A stretch of 64,000 bases of DNA, from assembly GCF_009914755.1 (NCBI RefSeq), contig NC_060937.1; one strand, 5' to 3'. Source of the DNA: the human T2T-CHM13v2.0 reference genome, Homo sapiens. Below the pieces are notes generated by a model. It worked only from the letters and a program-made list of their open reading frames with translations. It ran no database searches and had not been told where the DNA came from. The position numbers were made by a program, and so were the translations under genes. Shown one piece after another: positions 22,782 to 41,092 of the stretch. Position 1 is the first letter of the stretch. Each line of letters starts with the position of its first letter.

Positions 22782-24506
22782 CTAAAAAAGACAAACACAT
22801 ACCTTACATATCCACATGGCACCAACATAAGCTATTTCCTAGGGAGAACCTAAAATAGTCATTATTTTCTATCAATTTGTTTCTCACTGGCATCTTCTAG
22901 GGGCAATTCAGGGAATACAAGGGTATGCCAATTTCAAGTGCTAATCTACTGCGGTTTTTCAAATAGTCCACAAAGTGTATTTGGCTACTCAGATTAGTCC
23001 CTATTGTAAATACACACTGTTTAAAGCTATCAGATAAGTAAATTAGCTGGTTAACTAACTTTAAGTAAATTTGTTCCAAATCATTAATTCACAGTTAATG
23101 TGGTTTTTATTTAAATCTAATTCATATTAGTTCTTATTTAAATTTAATTCTGACTAGATATGTCTTTAGATAGTGATCTGCATATTACAGTCTACCTAAG
23201 CACCATGTAAACAAATAAATGCAAAAAGTATATAGTATGATTGTGTGTATGCATGATAGAAAAAGATAAACATATTATATGAAATTTTAAATAACTGGTA
23301 ACAATATGGAGACTTTTGACAATAAGAGGCTCAACTGTTGTCAAACAGGTGTCAAACAATAAGAGGCTCAACTGTTCTCTTATTTTTTAAATGAAGATAT
23401 ATGTGTACCTATGAATGTGTATACACATATATATATATGCATATATATGTATAACCTTTAAAATAAAAAACAAATAGTAGTTATCATTTAAAATACAGTT
23501 AATACCACTATATGGATCCAACTTTCAGGAAATATATCTTTCTGAGACATACACACACACACACATATATATATCTCTGTGCAACAACAAAAATGACACA
23601 AAATTTTAAAACTGATTAGTATGGTACCTTCAGAGCAATGTTTACTGGCTTAATATTGAGAAAAATAAACTTAAGGTATCAAAGTCATCCATTTATTAAA
23701 CTGGTTATCTCTGTTAGGAGGAAATAATAAGTCAAAAATGAACACTGAATCTGCATAGTGGGGGCGCAAGGATAAGAAGTTTTATATACTTCAGAATTCA
23801 TGGAATTTCTTACATAAAATCCATATGGGTTTAGAAATCACATATAAAAACTGCAAATATCTATGAGAAATTTAAGCAAATTTTAGTCAATTATTTGGAT
23901 AAGGAAGAACTAAAAGTGTGGAATCAATGGAAGATCAATGGGCTTAGGTCTGACTTCATAAAAATCTGAAATTTCTGTTTTAAAATGCTATAATGAATAA
24001 CAGAGGAAAAGATTTTTGAGGAAACTTGAATGGGGACTATGCCTAGTATAATAAATTAGTAATTCACTAACAATAACTTAAATATTACTCCCTCACCTTA
24101 TAGATAAATGGGCCAAGGACATAAACAATCCATAAAAGAGAAAATCTAACTGATTAACAACCTACATAGATAAATATTCAGTGTCGCCAATAAAGAAGTT
24201 AAAACAGCAAATGGCATGCCATTTGCACCCATGAAATTAGCCCTTTCTCTTTTAACGAGAAAATCCAATGCTGGCCAAATAAGGTGAGAAATTAAAAACT
24301 TTGATTTATTATTGATACAATAATACAATTGCTCTTGGATTTGGCAATATATATAAAGAACCTCAAAAATATTCATACTCTTTAGGTAATTTCACTCCTA
24401 GCAATCTATACAGAAAAAGCCTTTTGCTCAAAGATGTTTGTTGCTGTATTATTGATAATAGTGACACATAATGTCCAACATTAGAGGTTAATCACAGCAC
24501 TAATGA

Positions 24507-24949
<443 letters not shown>

Positions 24950-24961
24950 CTACCCTTCATA

Positions 24962-25269
<308 letters not shown>

Positions 25270-26780
25270 CTGTCCTTCATTCTCTCAACAAGTAAATATC
25301 TCACGGTGGTAATTTACATGCAGCCTTCCTTAGTATACATATATAGAAAAACAGTCAATATTTGCTTTTTCATGGGAAAACAAGTATATCTGGAGCGTTA
25401 AGCTTTAGGGATTTTTCTGAATCCCCTTCCTAGTTCTCTCAGTGTCTAAAAATTATATATATATACACATATATATAATTTCTATAATCATATATATATA
25501 GAGAGAGACTCAATATTTAAATGATTTACTGCTGTGTTTTCTGATCTAAGTAGTTTACTGAAGACTCCAAATCTCTCTTATCCAAATTAGGTGAAAAGGG
25601 ACATAAAGAATCTAGGAAAAAGTTCAACTCTGCCAAGAATCTACATTTTTCTGGTCACCATCTGTCACCAGATGGACAGTTTCTGTTTTCAACCAGAATA
25701 AGGAGCATTCCATCTACCAAGAACAGAAATTAAAAGATGGCTAAGAAGATTTTAGGACTGTAGGTAATTGTATATCTGATTTTTCTCAATAGCTCAGCCT
25801 TTGCATGGGCTTACAAAGTTTATAATTCCTGAAACTCTTCCTTGTGATGCAAAAGTAGAAAATGCTGTCTACTCTTTGAAAGACTTCTTGCAACGACCTC
25901 CACCTTCGGGTTTTCCTAAATCTGCCAAACTCTTCTCTCTGCCTATCTTAGTACATTCCTTGATTTGGAGGCAAAGGTAAACCTTCTCTACTTGCATGAG
26001 GTGGTAGCAGTGGCCAAACTTGTTGATGCTTCCATAATAGTGCTTGTTTCTCCACTAACTCTATGGGTCCCTGCATCTCTATAAAGTTTTTGCTACTTCA
26101 AGGCAGCATCTGACATTTCTCCTCCAGTAAATTTACCACTTATGAAATTGTAATGTCTGCTTTGCATATTCAATGTTGTTCAAAATGTAACCCTGCAACT
26201 TTATTCCCTTTTAAGAATAAAGGGGAATCATATGACTGTTTAGCATCCTCTCAGGAATTAAGTATACCTGGATTTGAATCTTCTGCCTTTTAGTCAACCT
26301 TGATTTAATATACTTTGTAGATGGTTCTCAAATATGACAAAGACATTCCCAGTGCAGGATATGCTGTTATCATTGAACATGCCATCACTGAAGTGCTCCA
26401 TGGCCTGATTCCTGGCCTCCCCAGGTAGCTGAACTAGCAGCTTAGCTTTGGGGCTGCACTCTGGCAAAGATGAAAGATTAAATATTAATATGGACAGTAG
26501 ATTTGCTTTTTGGGTGACTCATAATTTGTGGAATTTATTAAAACACATTATTTATTACCTCCTTTTTGGATACTCTGATTAAAAATGGTAAAGGAATCAA
26601 TGACTTATTAGTACTTTGTCAATGCCCCAAGGAGATAACAGTTTAATAACTGATAGAAACCAACAGTCTAGTGATCATCCCAGAAGGAAATAGTAATGTC
26701 TTTGTGTTGATTTACATGCTAAGTGAAGTTTTTTGGTTTTTTAAAAACACCCCAGCTAATATTAAGTGTTGCCAAATTGG

Positions 26781-27049
26781 GAGGTGGGAGGATTGCTTGA
26801 ACCCAGGAGTTCAAGACCAGCCTGGGCCAGTGAGACCAGTGAGACTCCTTCTCTAAAAAAATTAATTAAAAAAATTAGCCAAGTGTAGTGACGCCTGGTT
26901 GCAGACCCAGCTATGCGGGAGACTGAGATGGGAGAATTGCCTGAACCCAGGTGCCACTGCCCTCCAGCCTGTGGTGGCAGAGCAATGCCCTGTCTTAAGA
27001 CAAACAAATAAACAAAAGTCAATATACAAAAATGAGTTATGTTCCTATA
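26781..27049 (+). repeat. Local duplicate of 28428-28692 (partial AluJ plus L1 flank)
   Basis: Shares the private ccagtgaga duplication, the right-arm deletion and the downstream L1 sequence. Confidence 0.92.
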
Positions 27050-27495
27050 AAAACTAGCTCAATTTAGACATGCTATAATTAACTCACAGTTATTAGCTTA
27101 ACCTGCTTTAAAAAACAATGTTAGCAATCAAGAGATGTTTTACCCATAAGGATGGAATCTGGAAATTTTGGGATGGCTGCCCTCAAGTGGCATGGCCCAT
27201 CCAGTGGGCCCTGGTCACATTACTCCATGACTACTCCCATTAGGGGAGAGAAAAATTAATTCCACCTCAAATGAATAGTTTGAAACAATTTTCAAAATTG
27301 GCTAAGGGAGTGGTAGAATCATGTCTTAGCCATAAACACCATAACCTGGGTGAGATGTGGGTCAGACCCTTCTCTTCAAGGTCTTTGGGTATTTACAAAT
27401 ACATTTTTATACAATTGCTGAAGTCTTGAGTCTCTGACTACGTAACAGTTATTTCTTGTAAACTATCTGCATGTATAAAAATGCTCCCCTGCCTG
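27050..27495 (+). mobile_element. Old class I ERV pol fragment (integrase Zn-finger and start of the core)
   Basis: Translates ...DGIWKFWDG...LLHDYSH*GREKL...FSKLAKGVVESCLSHKHHN, then YLQIHF/IQLLKS*VSDYVTVISCKLSACIKMLPC, resembling the integrase HHCC region and LQMDFIQLP...YVLVIVC.FSGWVEAFPC. Confidence 0.75.
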
Positions 27496-27800
27496 AGAAT
27501 AAGGTAGAATGATTCCATCAATGGTCTCAATTCTTCATCTTTTCCTGAATCCATGCCCTCACATTTCACCTTGTAGCGCCCTTTCACTCTAACTTTGTAT
27601 TCCGTTATGTGAGTTGATTTGGTCACTGGAATGCCACAAAGGAGAGGCTTGCAAAAGCACTTGTAAGATTCCAGTCTAGCCCTTTCCTTTTGCCATTACC
27701 TTGAAACATATCCATCATATTCATCCTGAGGGAGGATGAAGATAAGTTGAGCAGATAGGAGTTACCCAAGACACCTAAACTAAGGTAATTGTAGACCAAC
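27496..27800. mobile_element. MLT1-type (ERVL-MaLR) LTR fragment
   Basis: atggtctcaattcttcatcttttcctgaatccatgccc...gttatgtgagttgatttggtcactggaatg. Confidence 0.5.
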
Positions 27801-27814
27801 TGATAAAGACATTT

Positions 27815-28940
27815 CAAAGAAACAAAATTTTATATCACTCATGAACATAGATGAAAAGTTCTAAACAAAATATTAGCAAATAGAATCTAGTGATAGATAA
27901 AAAAGATAATACATTAAGACCAAAGGGAGTTTATTCAAAAATAAAAAAATGTTGGTTTAACTTTGAAAATCTCATTAATGGAATAACAGAAAAACATTTT
28001 GATTACCTTGACAGATGCAGAAAAAATATCTGATATATTCAACACCAATTCCTGATTCAAAACTTTTAGCAAACTAGAAATAAAATGGACTGTCTTAATC
28101 TGCTAAAGAATGATTACAAAACCCTATAGCAAACATCGTTTCAAATAGTGAAGCATAAAACTCTTCTTGAGTTTGGGAACAAGGCAAGGCTGCCTCCTCT
28201 TACCATTTCTATTCAATATTACAGTGAAAGTCCTAGATAATAAATAAAGAAAAAACGCATAAAAAGTGGGAAGAAAGTAGTAACTTTATATGATTGTATA
28301 CATCAGGAAATCTACACATTAATTATTAAAATGAATGTGTGAACTTATGAAGGATGCTAGATATAAAGACAATATACAAGGCTGGGTGTAGTGGCTCACA
28401 CCTGTAATCCCAGCACTTTGGGAAGCTGAGGTGGGAGGATTGCTTGAACCCAGGAGTTCAAGACCAGCCTGGGCCAGTGAGACCAGTGAGACTCCTTCTC
28501 TACAAAAATTAATTTAAAAAATTAGCCAAGTGTAGTGATGCCTGCTTGTAGTCCCAGCTACATGGGAGACAGAGGTGGGAGAATTGCTTGAGCCCAGGTG
28601 CCACTGCACTCCAGCCTGTGGTGACAGAGCAATGCCCTGTCTTAAGACAAATAAACAAAAGTCAATATACAAAAATTAGTTATGTTCCTATATACCAATA
28701 GCAAATAATTAGAAAATGAAGATTTTCAAATATCATTTAAAATAGCATAAAAACTTATCAAATACTTAGAAATAAAACTAACAAAAGGTGTAAAACCTGT
28801 ACACTGCAAACATTGCTAAAAGAAATCAAACACGACATAAGTAGAGAGATATATTATGTTCATGAGTTGGAAATCTCAATATTTTTATATGTCAATTGTC
28901 TCCAAATTAAGTTACATAGTCAATCCCTAGGTCAAAATAC

Positions 28941-28980
<40 letters not shown>

Positions 28981-29472
28981 TTTGGGTGTGTATGTAAATT
29001 GCCAAGATGATTCTAAAATTTATACGGAAATTCAAAAAATCTAGGAGAGCCAAGATAGTTTTTAAACAAGGAAGTACAAAGTTGGAGGACTTATACCCAA
29101 GTTTTCAAGACTCACTATAAAGCCATAATAATTAAAACTGTGGTCTGGACTTAAGTATAGACACGTCATAATGAAAGGACAAAAAGCCCAGAAACAGACC
29201 TATACATATATGTTCACTTGATTTGCACTAAACATACCTCTGCCATTCACTGGGAGAAATTATGCTCTTTACAATAAATGGTAGAGGGGGGATTGATAGC
29301 TATATGAAAAACATGAACCTTGATGCTTTATATCTTTACAACAATTAATTGGAGATCAGTCATAGACCAATATAGAGGTCTTGGTTACATGCATATATAC
29401 TTATGTATAATATCATCAAGATATACACTTGATTAGTGCAACTTAACCATATGTGTTATACCTCAATAAAAA
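27815..29472 (+). mobile_element. Ancient L1M with an AluJ at 28380-28660 and (TG)n at 28945-28978
   Basis: Degenerate ORF2 and a 3' end ...gttatacctcaataaaa. Confidence 0.75.
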
Positions 29473-29545
29473 TGTGATGATATGCATGCATATACATATG
29501 TATACTTACATCTAGGCATACATACATACAGATAATTTCATATAT

Positions 29546-31003
29546 CTTTTTACTTCAACTTTTAGATTCAGGGGTTCATGTGCAGGATGTGCAGGTTTGT
29601 TACATAGGGAAATGTGTGCCATGGTGGTTTGCTGCACAGATCATCCCATCCCTAGGTATTAACCCCAGCATCCATTAGCTATTCTTCCTGATGCTCTCCT
29701 TCCCCCACCCCTGCCCTCCCAACAGGCCCCAGTGTGTGTTGTTCCCCACCATGTGGCCATGTGTTCTCATCGTCAACTCCCACATACAAGTGAGAACATG
29801 CAGTGTTTGGTTTTCTGTTCCTGTGTTAGTTTGCTGAGGATGACAGCTTCCAGCTCCATCCATGTCCCTGCAAAGGATGTAATCTCGTTCCTTTTTATGG
29901 CTGCATAGTTTTCCATGGTGTTTATGTACCACATTTTATTTTTTTATTTTTTTAAGTGTTAAATAATCTTTATTTGATATTACACATAAACCACACTAAA
30001 ATACCATTCAATAAGTAAAAGGAACCATTTTAAATACAGGGAATTCTAATTAGATTGGCATAGTTAAGGCCAAAAATATAAAGTAAACATTGCTACCTTA
30101 TCTTCAACCCTGGCCTTTAAGAAGCAAATAAACACAAAATATATGTGAATCTTGCATGGTTTTGAGACAGTGAAGGAATTTCCCCAGTATTTAAATATAT
30201 TCACATAACCAGTTATATAAATCTAAATATAAAACCACTCTCCAATAAGTTTTAAGATGGCACTCACCATCTTTGTGAAAAGTTGAACATTATTAACAAA
30301 GTCTAATCATATCTTTAGAAGGGGTAAACAGTGATAGCATTTACTGAATTAAAATTACTTATTAAAATTCAAAAACCAAACTACCAAACTTATTCATTTA
30401 ATCACAAGCCAGTCTTAGTTTTAAATCAGGACTGTCCAACAAAATATGCTCTCAGTCATTCATGATCTGAAGTCTGGTGTATGAGATCTATTAAATTATG
30501 GTACACACAAAAAAGTCAGGAGACATTTCTGTTTTTTAATAAATAAGGCAGTGGAAAATTGTTACCCACTAATAGCTTTTTTGAGATAAGCTATCAAGTC
30601 TGCCTTTCTGCCTTCTTAATGCCGGCAAAGATCATTTTTGTTCCAGGGATGTACTTCTTGGGATTCTCCACATACTCCATCAGTGTATCCTCCCCCCAGG
30701 TGATGCCTTTGTTCTTATTGGCATCTGTGTAAGAGAATCCAATGGCCTGACCTGTCTCCTGCCTGAAGAGACCATGGAGATTAGGCCCAGTCTTGTGCTT
30801 GCCTCCCTTTCCACGGTGTGGCACTGGGCACACTTCTGAACAAAAATCTTCTTGCCTTTCTCAACATCACCCGTATTTAATTATCTCTTTCATCGCTGGC
30901 ACTACAAAGGTTTCTGCTCGGAAGCCAGATGTCCCATTCTCTCTATGTACCACATTTTCATTATCCAATCTATCATTGATGGCATTTAGATTGATTCCAT
31001 GTC
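29546..31003 (-). mobile_element. Old L1PA 3'-end fragment split by the CYCS retrocopy (29546-29937 and 30944-31003)
   Basis: L1 sequence ggctgcatagttttccatggtgtttatgtaccacatttt resumes as cattatccaatctatcattgatggc after the insert. Confidence 0.88.
29938..30943 (-). pseudogene. CYCS: Processed cytochrome c pseudogene, full length (5'UTR, CDS 30874-30562, 3'UTR, poly(A))
   Basis: ACG GGT GAT GTT GAG AAA GGC = [M>T][21 protein letters not shown]; -1 frameshift; [12 protein letters not shown]...[19 protein letters not shown]; second frameshift; AATAAA at 29974-29969; A-tail; 15-bp TSD tatgtaccacatttt (29923-29937 / 30944-30958). Confidence 0.97.
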
Positions 31004-31159
31004 TATGCATGCATGCATGTATCTTTATAAGACAATGATTTAGGCTGGGTGCAGTGGTCTTGAACTCCTGACCTCCTGATCCTCCTGCCTCAGTCTCACA
31101 AAGTGCTTCTTATAAAAGTACAAAATAGCTTTATGCATTATGAAAATAATCAAACTTAC

Positions 31160-31322
31160 CCTTCTACAAATACTCGAAGAAGACCATTCATGAGAAAAAA
31201 TAAGGCAATAGCTAGAAAAAATAGAATGATAATCCAAAGGAATATAAACTTTGCTATCAGTGAAAATTAGGTTAGCAAGGATGAGAGCCACATCCAATAA
31301 GATAAAAAAAACTCCAAATATT
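31160..31322 (-). pseudogene. TPTE2: TPTE2-family pseudogene exon (voltage-sensor S1-S2), frameshifted
   Basis: 163 nt, ag/gtaagt; [34 protein letters not shown], then a +1 shift in a T-run before [19 protein letters not shown]. Confidence 0.93.
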
Positions 31323-31518
31323 CTACAATAAATAAATAAATAAGTAAATAATAGCAAAGATAAAGGGGCTTTTTTTCCCTATAGTTATACTATATTTAGG
31401 CCAATGATTGCATACCAAAATGCAATTATCTAGTATTAAACTGCTCAGTGGCAGGAAAAACTGTAATGCCTTAGAATCTCAGAAAAATCACTGTTTTCAC
31501 CCAATAGAAGCAGTTCTT

Positions 31519-37566
<6,048 letters not shown>

Positions 37567-38515
37567 TAGAAGCAGTTCTTAATAAATACAGTTCCCACCA
37601 AACCACTTCACAAGATGTCATCATGCCCTTTTATAGAAGACACATCAGACCAACACTTCAAGAGAGAAAAGTAAAACTGAATTAAAATTACCTGTGTCTG
37701 TAAACTCTTCTTAAAATTTGAGAAGTTTATATCAATTTCTCATAAAAAATAAAACCTCATTAATTTGTATAATCCTAAAGAATTCATTAATAGAAACCAA
37801 ATGAAAGCATGAGTGACATAAGCTCTTAAAAGACCAAGGCTTTTCGTCAGTGACATTTTCAACAAGTACATGATTACATATTTGTGGGTGCTTCTAGCAC
37901 AGTGATGGGCACATGAGAAAGAATTCAATTCCATAAATATTTATAGTATTGAACTCTAAATTAGCTCCTGACTCTTGCTGTTACATATTCTAAATACATT
38001 CCCCATAAGTTGATTATACTATTTGCCTAATCTATAAAGATGAATTAGTCTTCAAAGTACTTTTTTAAAAACTTGCAGCTCAAATTAAAATATGATTAAT
38101 TCAAAATGAAACAATTATATTGCATAAATCTATATCATAGTATGAAATCTTACTCTTATTTAGAGGAGAGTCTAAGTAAATTGTTTCCAGAATTAAAGAG
38201 TAATTCTAGATGTTAAGGTACTTAGTAAAACACTTTACTTATAATTACAGAATTTTAACATGCAAGTTTCATTAACATTACCTTTGCAGATTGAAGAAAA
38301 AGAATATTAGTAGTTACTATTAATCTTAGGCAAAAGCCATTTCTTTGCAAGTCTTAATGTCCAGCTTAAACCAAAATTACATGATAAATTAGATTACATT
38401 AGGTGGGGCACATGGCTACTTAGCAACTGATGGATGGTGGAAATGCTTTTTGGTTTCTTTTTTTTTATTTCAGTGTTTCTCATTGAAATATTAAGTCACA
38501 TCTACATATATATAT

Positions 38516-38628
38516 ATGATGAACTTGACATTCTCGTCAGTGAGCTCCGTGATCCACGCGGTAGGCTAGTTGGCATACGGCGTTGCGCCCAGGTGCCACC
38601 AGCCTCCATGTCAGCTCCGTGGTGACTC
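38516..38628 (-). pseudogene. POLR2C: 5' fragment of POLR2C (5'UTR plus first ~22 codons)
   Basis: ACG CCG TAT GCC AAC TAG CCT ACC GCG TGG ATC ACG GAG CTC ACT GAC GAG AAT GTC AAG TTC ATC = [M>T][20 protein letters not shown], versus RPB3 [23 protein letters not shown]. Confidence 0.9.
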
Positions 38629-38629
38629 T

Positions 38630-39012
38630 TCTTACACATTCTTAAATACAAGTCCTTTGTTTCTATAGGAGATATTCTCAAAGTGGGATGTGAATCTAAG
38701 TTATGAAGCATAACAATTAAATAACATCCATACACCCATCACTTCATGCAGAATGAAATATTTCTAGTCCTGTGGAAGCTACAGGACTGCTGGAATTTCT
38801 TCTCTGATCCAGTCCCCTTGCTTCATCACAGAGATGACCACTCTTCTGAAGGTTATGTCCATAATCCCTGTGCTTTTCTTTATAGTCTACATATATATCT
38901 ATGTATAGAGAGGGCAGGTGTAGGTATAAATATAGATATATCTAAAAATATATTATTTTGCCATATTTATTTTTAAGCTTTAAAAAATGGGTATCATGCT
39001 GAAGTAGTATTT
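38630..39012 (-). mobile_element. Ancient L1ME/MC 3'UTR fragment
   Basis: tgaagcataacaattaaataacatccatacacccatcac...cagagatgaccactcttctga...aaatgggtatcatgctg. Confidence 0.6.
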
Positions 39013-39052
39013 ACCTTGAAGCACATTGTGATCAATAAAAACAACACCATCA

Positions 39053-39365
39053 CGCCCAGTGGTATAAGCATGGCTCACACAGCTAATCCTGGCATTTTGG
39101 GAGGCTGAGGCAGGAGGAGTTCAAGACCAGCTCTAAAAAAAAAGGGACCAGGAGTTCAAGACCAGCTCTACAAAAAATGAGACCCAGACCCTACAAAAAA
39201 ATTTAAAAATTAGCCAGGCATGGTAGCATGTTCCTGTAGTCCCAGCTACTCAGGAAGCTAGGGCAGGATAATTGTGTGAGTACAGGAATTCAAGGCTGCA
39301 GTAAGTTGTGATCAGACTACTGCACTCCAGCCTAAGTGACAGAACAAGACCCTATCTTAAAAAAC
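39053..39365 (+). mobile_element. Degraded AluJ with an internal duplication
   Basis: ggagttcaagaccagctcta occurs twice. Confidence 0.85.
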
Positions 39366-39372
39366 AGAAGAA

Positions 39373-39585
39373 GGGAGAGAGGCAAAGATGGCTGATTCAG
39401 AGCCGCTGCCGTCAATGGCTCTCATGGAAAAGAATGAAAATGGTGAGTGAATTCAGCATCTTCAACCGAAATATCTGGGTTCTTACATTGGGAGTGACTA
39501 GGGGGATGGCTTGACCCACATAAAATGAAGAAAAGCAGGGTAGGGCAATGGCCCATCTGGAAGGGGCATGGAGTCAAAGGAATCC
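39373..39585 (+). mobile_element. 5'UTR start of an old L1P element, interrupted by HERV-L
   Basis: gagaggcaaagatggctgatt...gaagaaaagcagggtagggcaatggccc. Confidence 0.65.
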
Positions 39586-39966
39586 TGTCATGGTTAATAC
39601 TGACTGTCAACTTGATTGGGTTGAGGGATACAAAGTATTAATCCTGGGTGTGTTTGTGTGAGTGTTGCCAAAAGAGATTAACATTTGAGTCAGTGGGCTG
39701 GCAAAGTCAGATCCACCCTTAATCTTGTGGGCACAATCTAATCAGCTTCCAGTGAATAGAAAGAAGGCAGAAAAACATGAAAAAGAGGAGATTAGCCTAG
39801 CATCCCAGCCTACATCTTTCTCCCATGCTGGATGCTTCCTCCCCTCGAACATTAGACTCCAAGTTCTTCAGTTTTGGGACTTGGACTGGTTCTCCTTGCT
39901 CCTCAGCTTGCAGACAGCCTATTATGGGACCTTGTGATTGTGTAAGTTAATACTTAATAAACTCCC

Positions 39967-40012
<46 letters not shown>

Positions 40013-40050
40013 TCCTATTAGTTCTGTCCCTCTAAGAGAACCCTAATACA
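39586..40050 (+). mobile_element. MLT2A1-type LTR (HERV-L 5' LTR)
   Basis: TG...CA ends; tgtcatggttaatactgactgtcaacttgattgg; (TA)n after AATAAA; ends gagaaccctaataca. Confidence 0.92.
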
Positions 40051-41092
40051 GATTAGATTTTGGTACTGGGAGTGTGGTTCTAGAGGAATAGAATATAAAG
40101 GATGGAGTTCTTTCATTGGTTTGGGAGTCTCTGGAGTTGGCTGATTAATATGATTAGACCCAAAAATGCTAAGGTCTCTACTTCTAATAGTATGGAGAAC
40201 ACTGATAGTTTTTGGTGGAAACTGTGTAGAGAGTTATACAAAGTAAATGCAATTGAGACTCCTGATTCACCACTCTTGAGAGGCAAGGAGTTTAGTGACT
40301 CTATACATAATACCTTTGACCATATGTGGAGAATCAAGGAACATAATGAAGCTGGTTGGTTGCTCCTAAGTTCAGTGGACAAAGTGATGAAAGAAAATGA
40401 TGAACTCAAGTATTCTGTCTCCCAGGTTCAGAAGCAGATATGGAGCCTCAAATCTGCTAAGACTGCCCTGAATGAGAGTCTTATCTCCTGTAGAAAACGA
40501 GCTGAAACTGTGGAAAAACAGACCCAAGCTCTTACACGAGTGGCTGACCAGCAATGAAAGATGCATGCACAGCCTCACCAGGTGTCTACTGTTAAAGTGA
40601 GGGCATTTGTTGGAAAAGCATGCGACCTGGCAACTTGGAATGGGGACATGTGGGAGGACCCTGATGAAGCTGAGGACACTGAGTTTGTAAACTCCGGTGA
40701 ACCTTTTTTGCCAGAAGAAACAGCTTCCCCATCCCCAGTAGTGGCAACATCCCCTCCCTGACCTATGCTGTTATCAGTCTTTCCACCTTTGTCCAAGGAG
40801 AAAAACCCTATGCTGCCTGCAGCAACAGTGATGTCCTCCCCTGAGCCAGTTGCCAGGCAAGATAATGTTGAGTCTCCTCAGAGGCCACCCCCAACACCTG
40901 TTTGCTTCTAAACCTATAACTAAAGTCCTGGTGGCCCCCTAAGGATGAGGTTGAGAGTGTGACCCATGAGGAAGTGCACTATACTTGAACTGTTGGAGTT
41001 CTCTGATTTATATAAACAGCAATCTGGAGAACAGGCATGGGAATGGATATTAAGGTTATGGGATAATGGTGGAAGGAACACAGAGTTGGATC

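Noticed and set aside
27133-27350. Long, nearly open + strand frame as another exon of the fossil gene
   Set aside because: It translates as a retroviral integrase zinc-finger region
38520-38560. TTGACA-N17-cgtgat bacterial-promoter look-alike; CTGACGA hammerhead-core look-alike on the minus strand
   Set aside because: Fully explained as POLR2C coding sequence; poor -10 box and no GAAA or stems for a ribozyme
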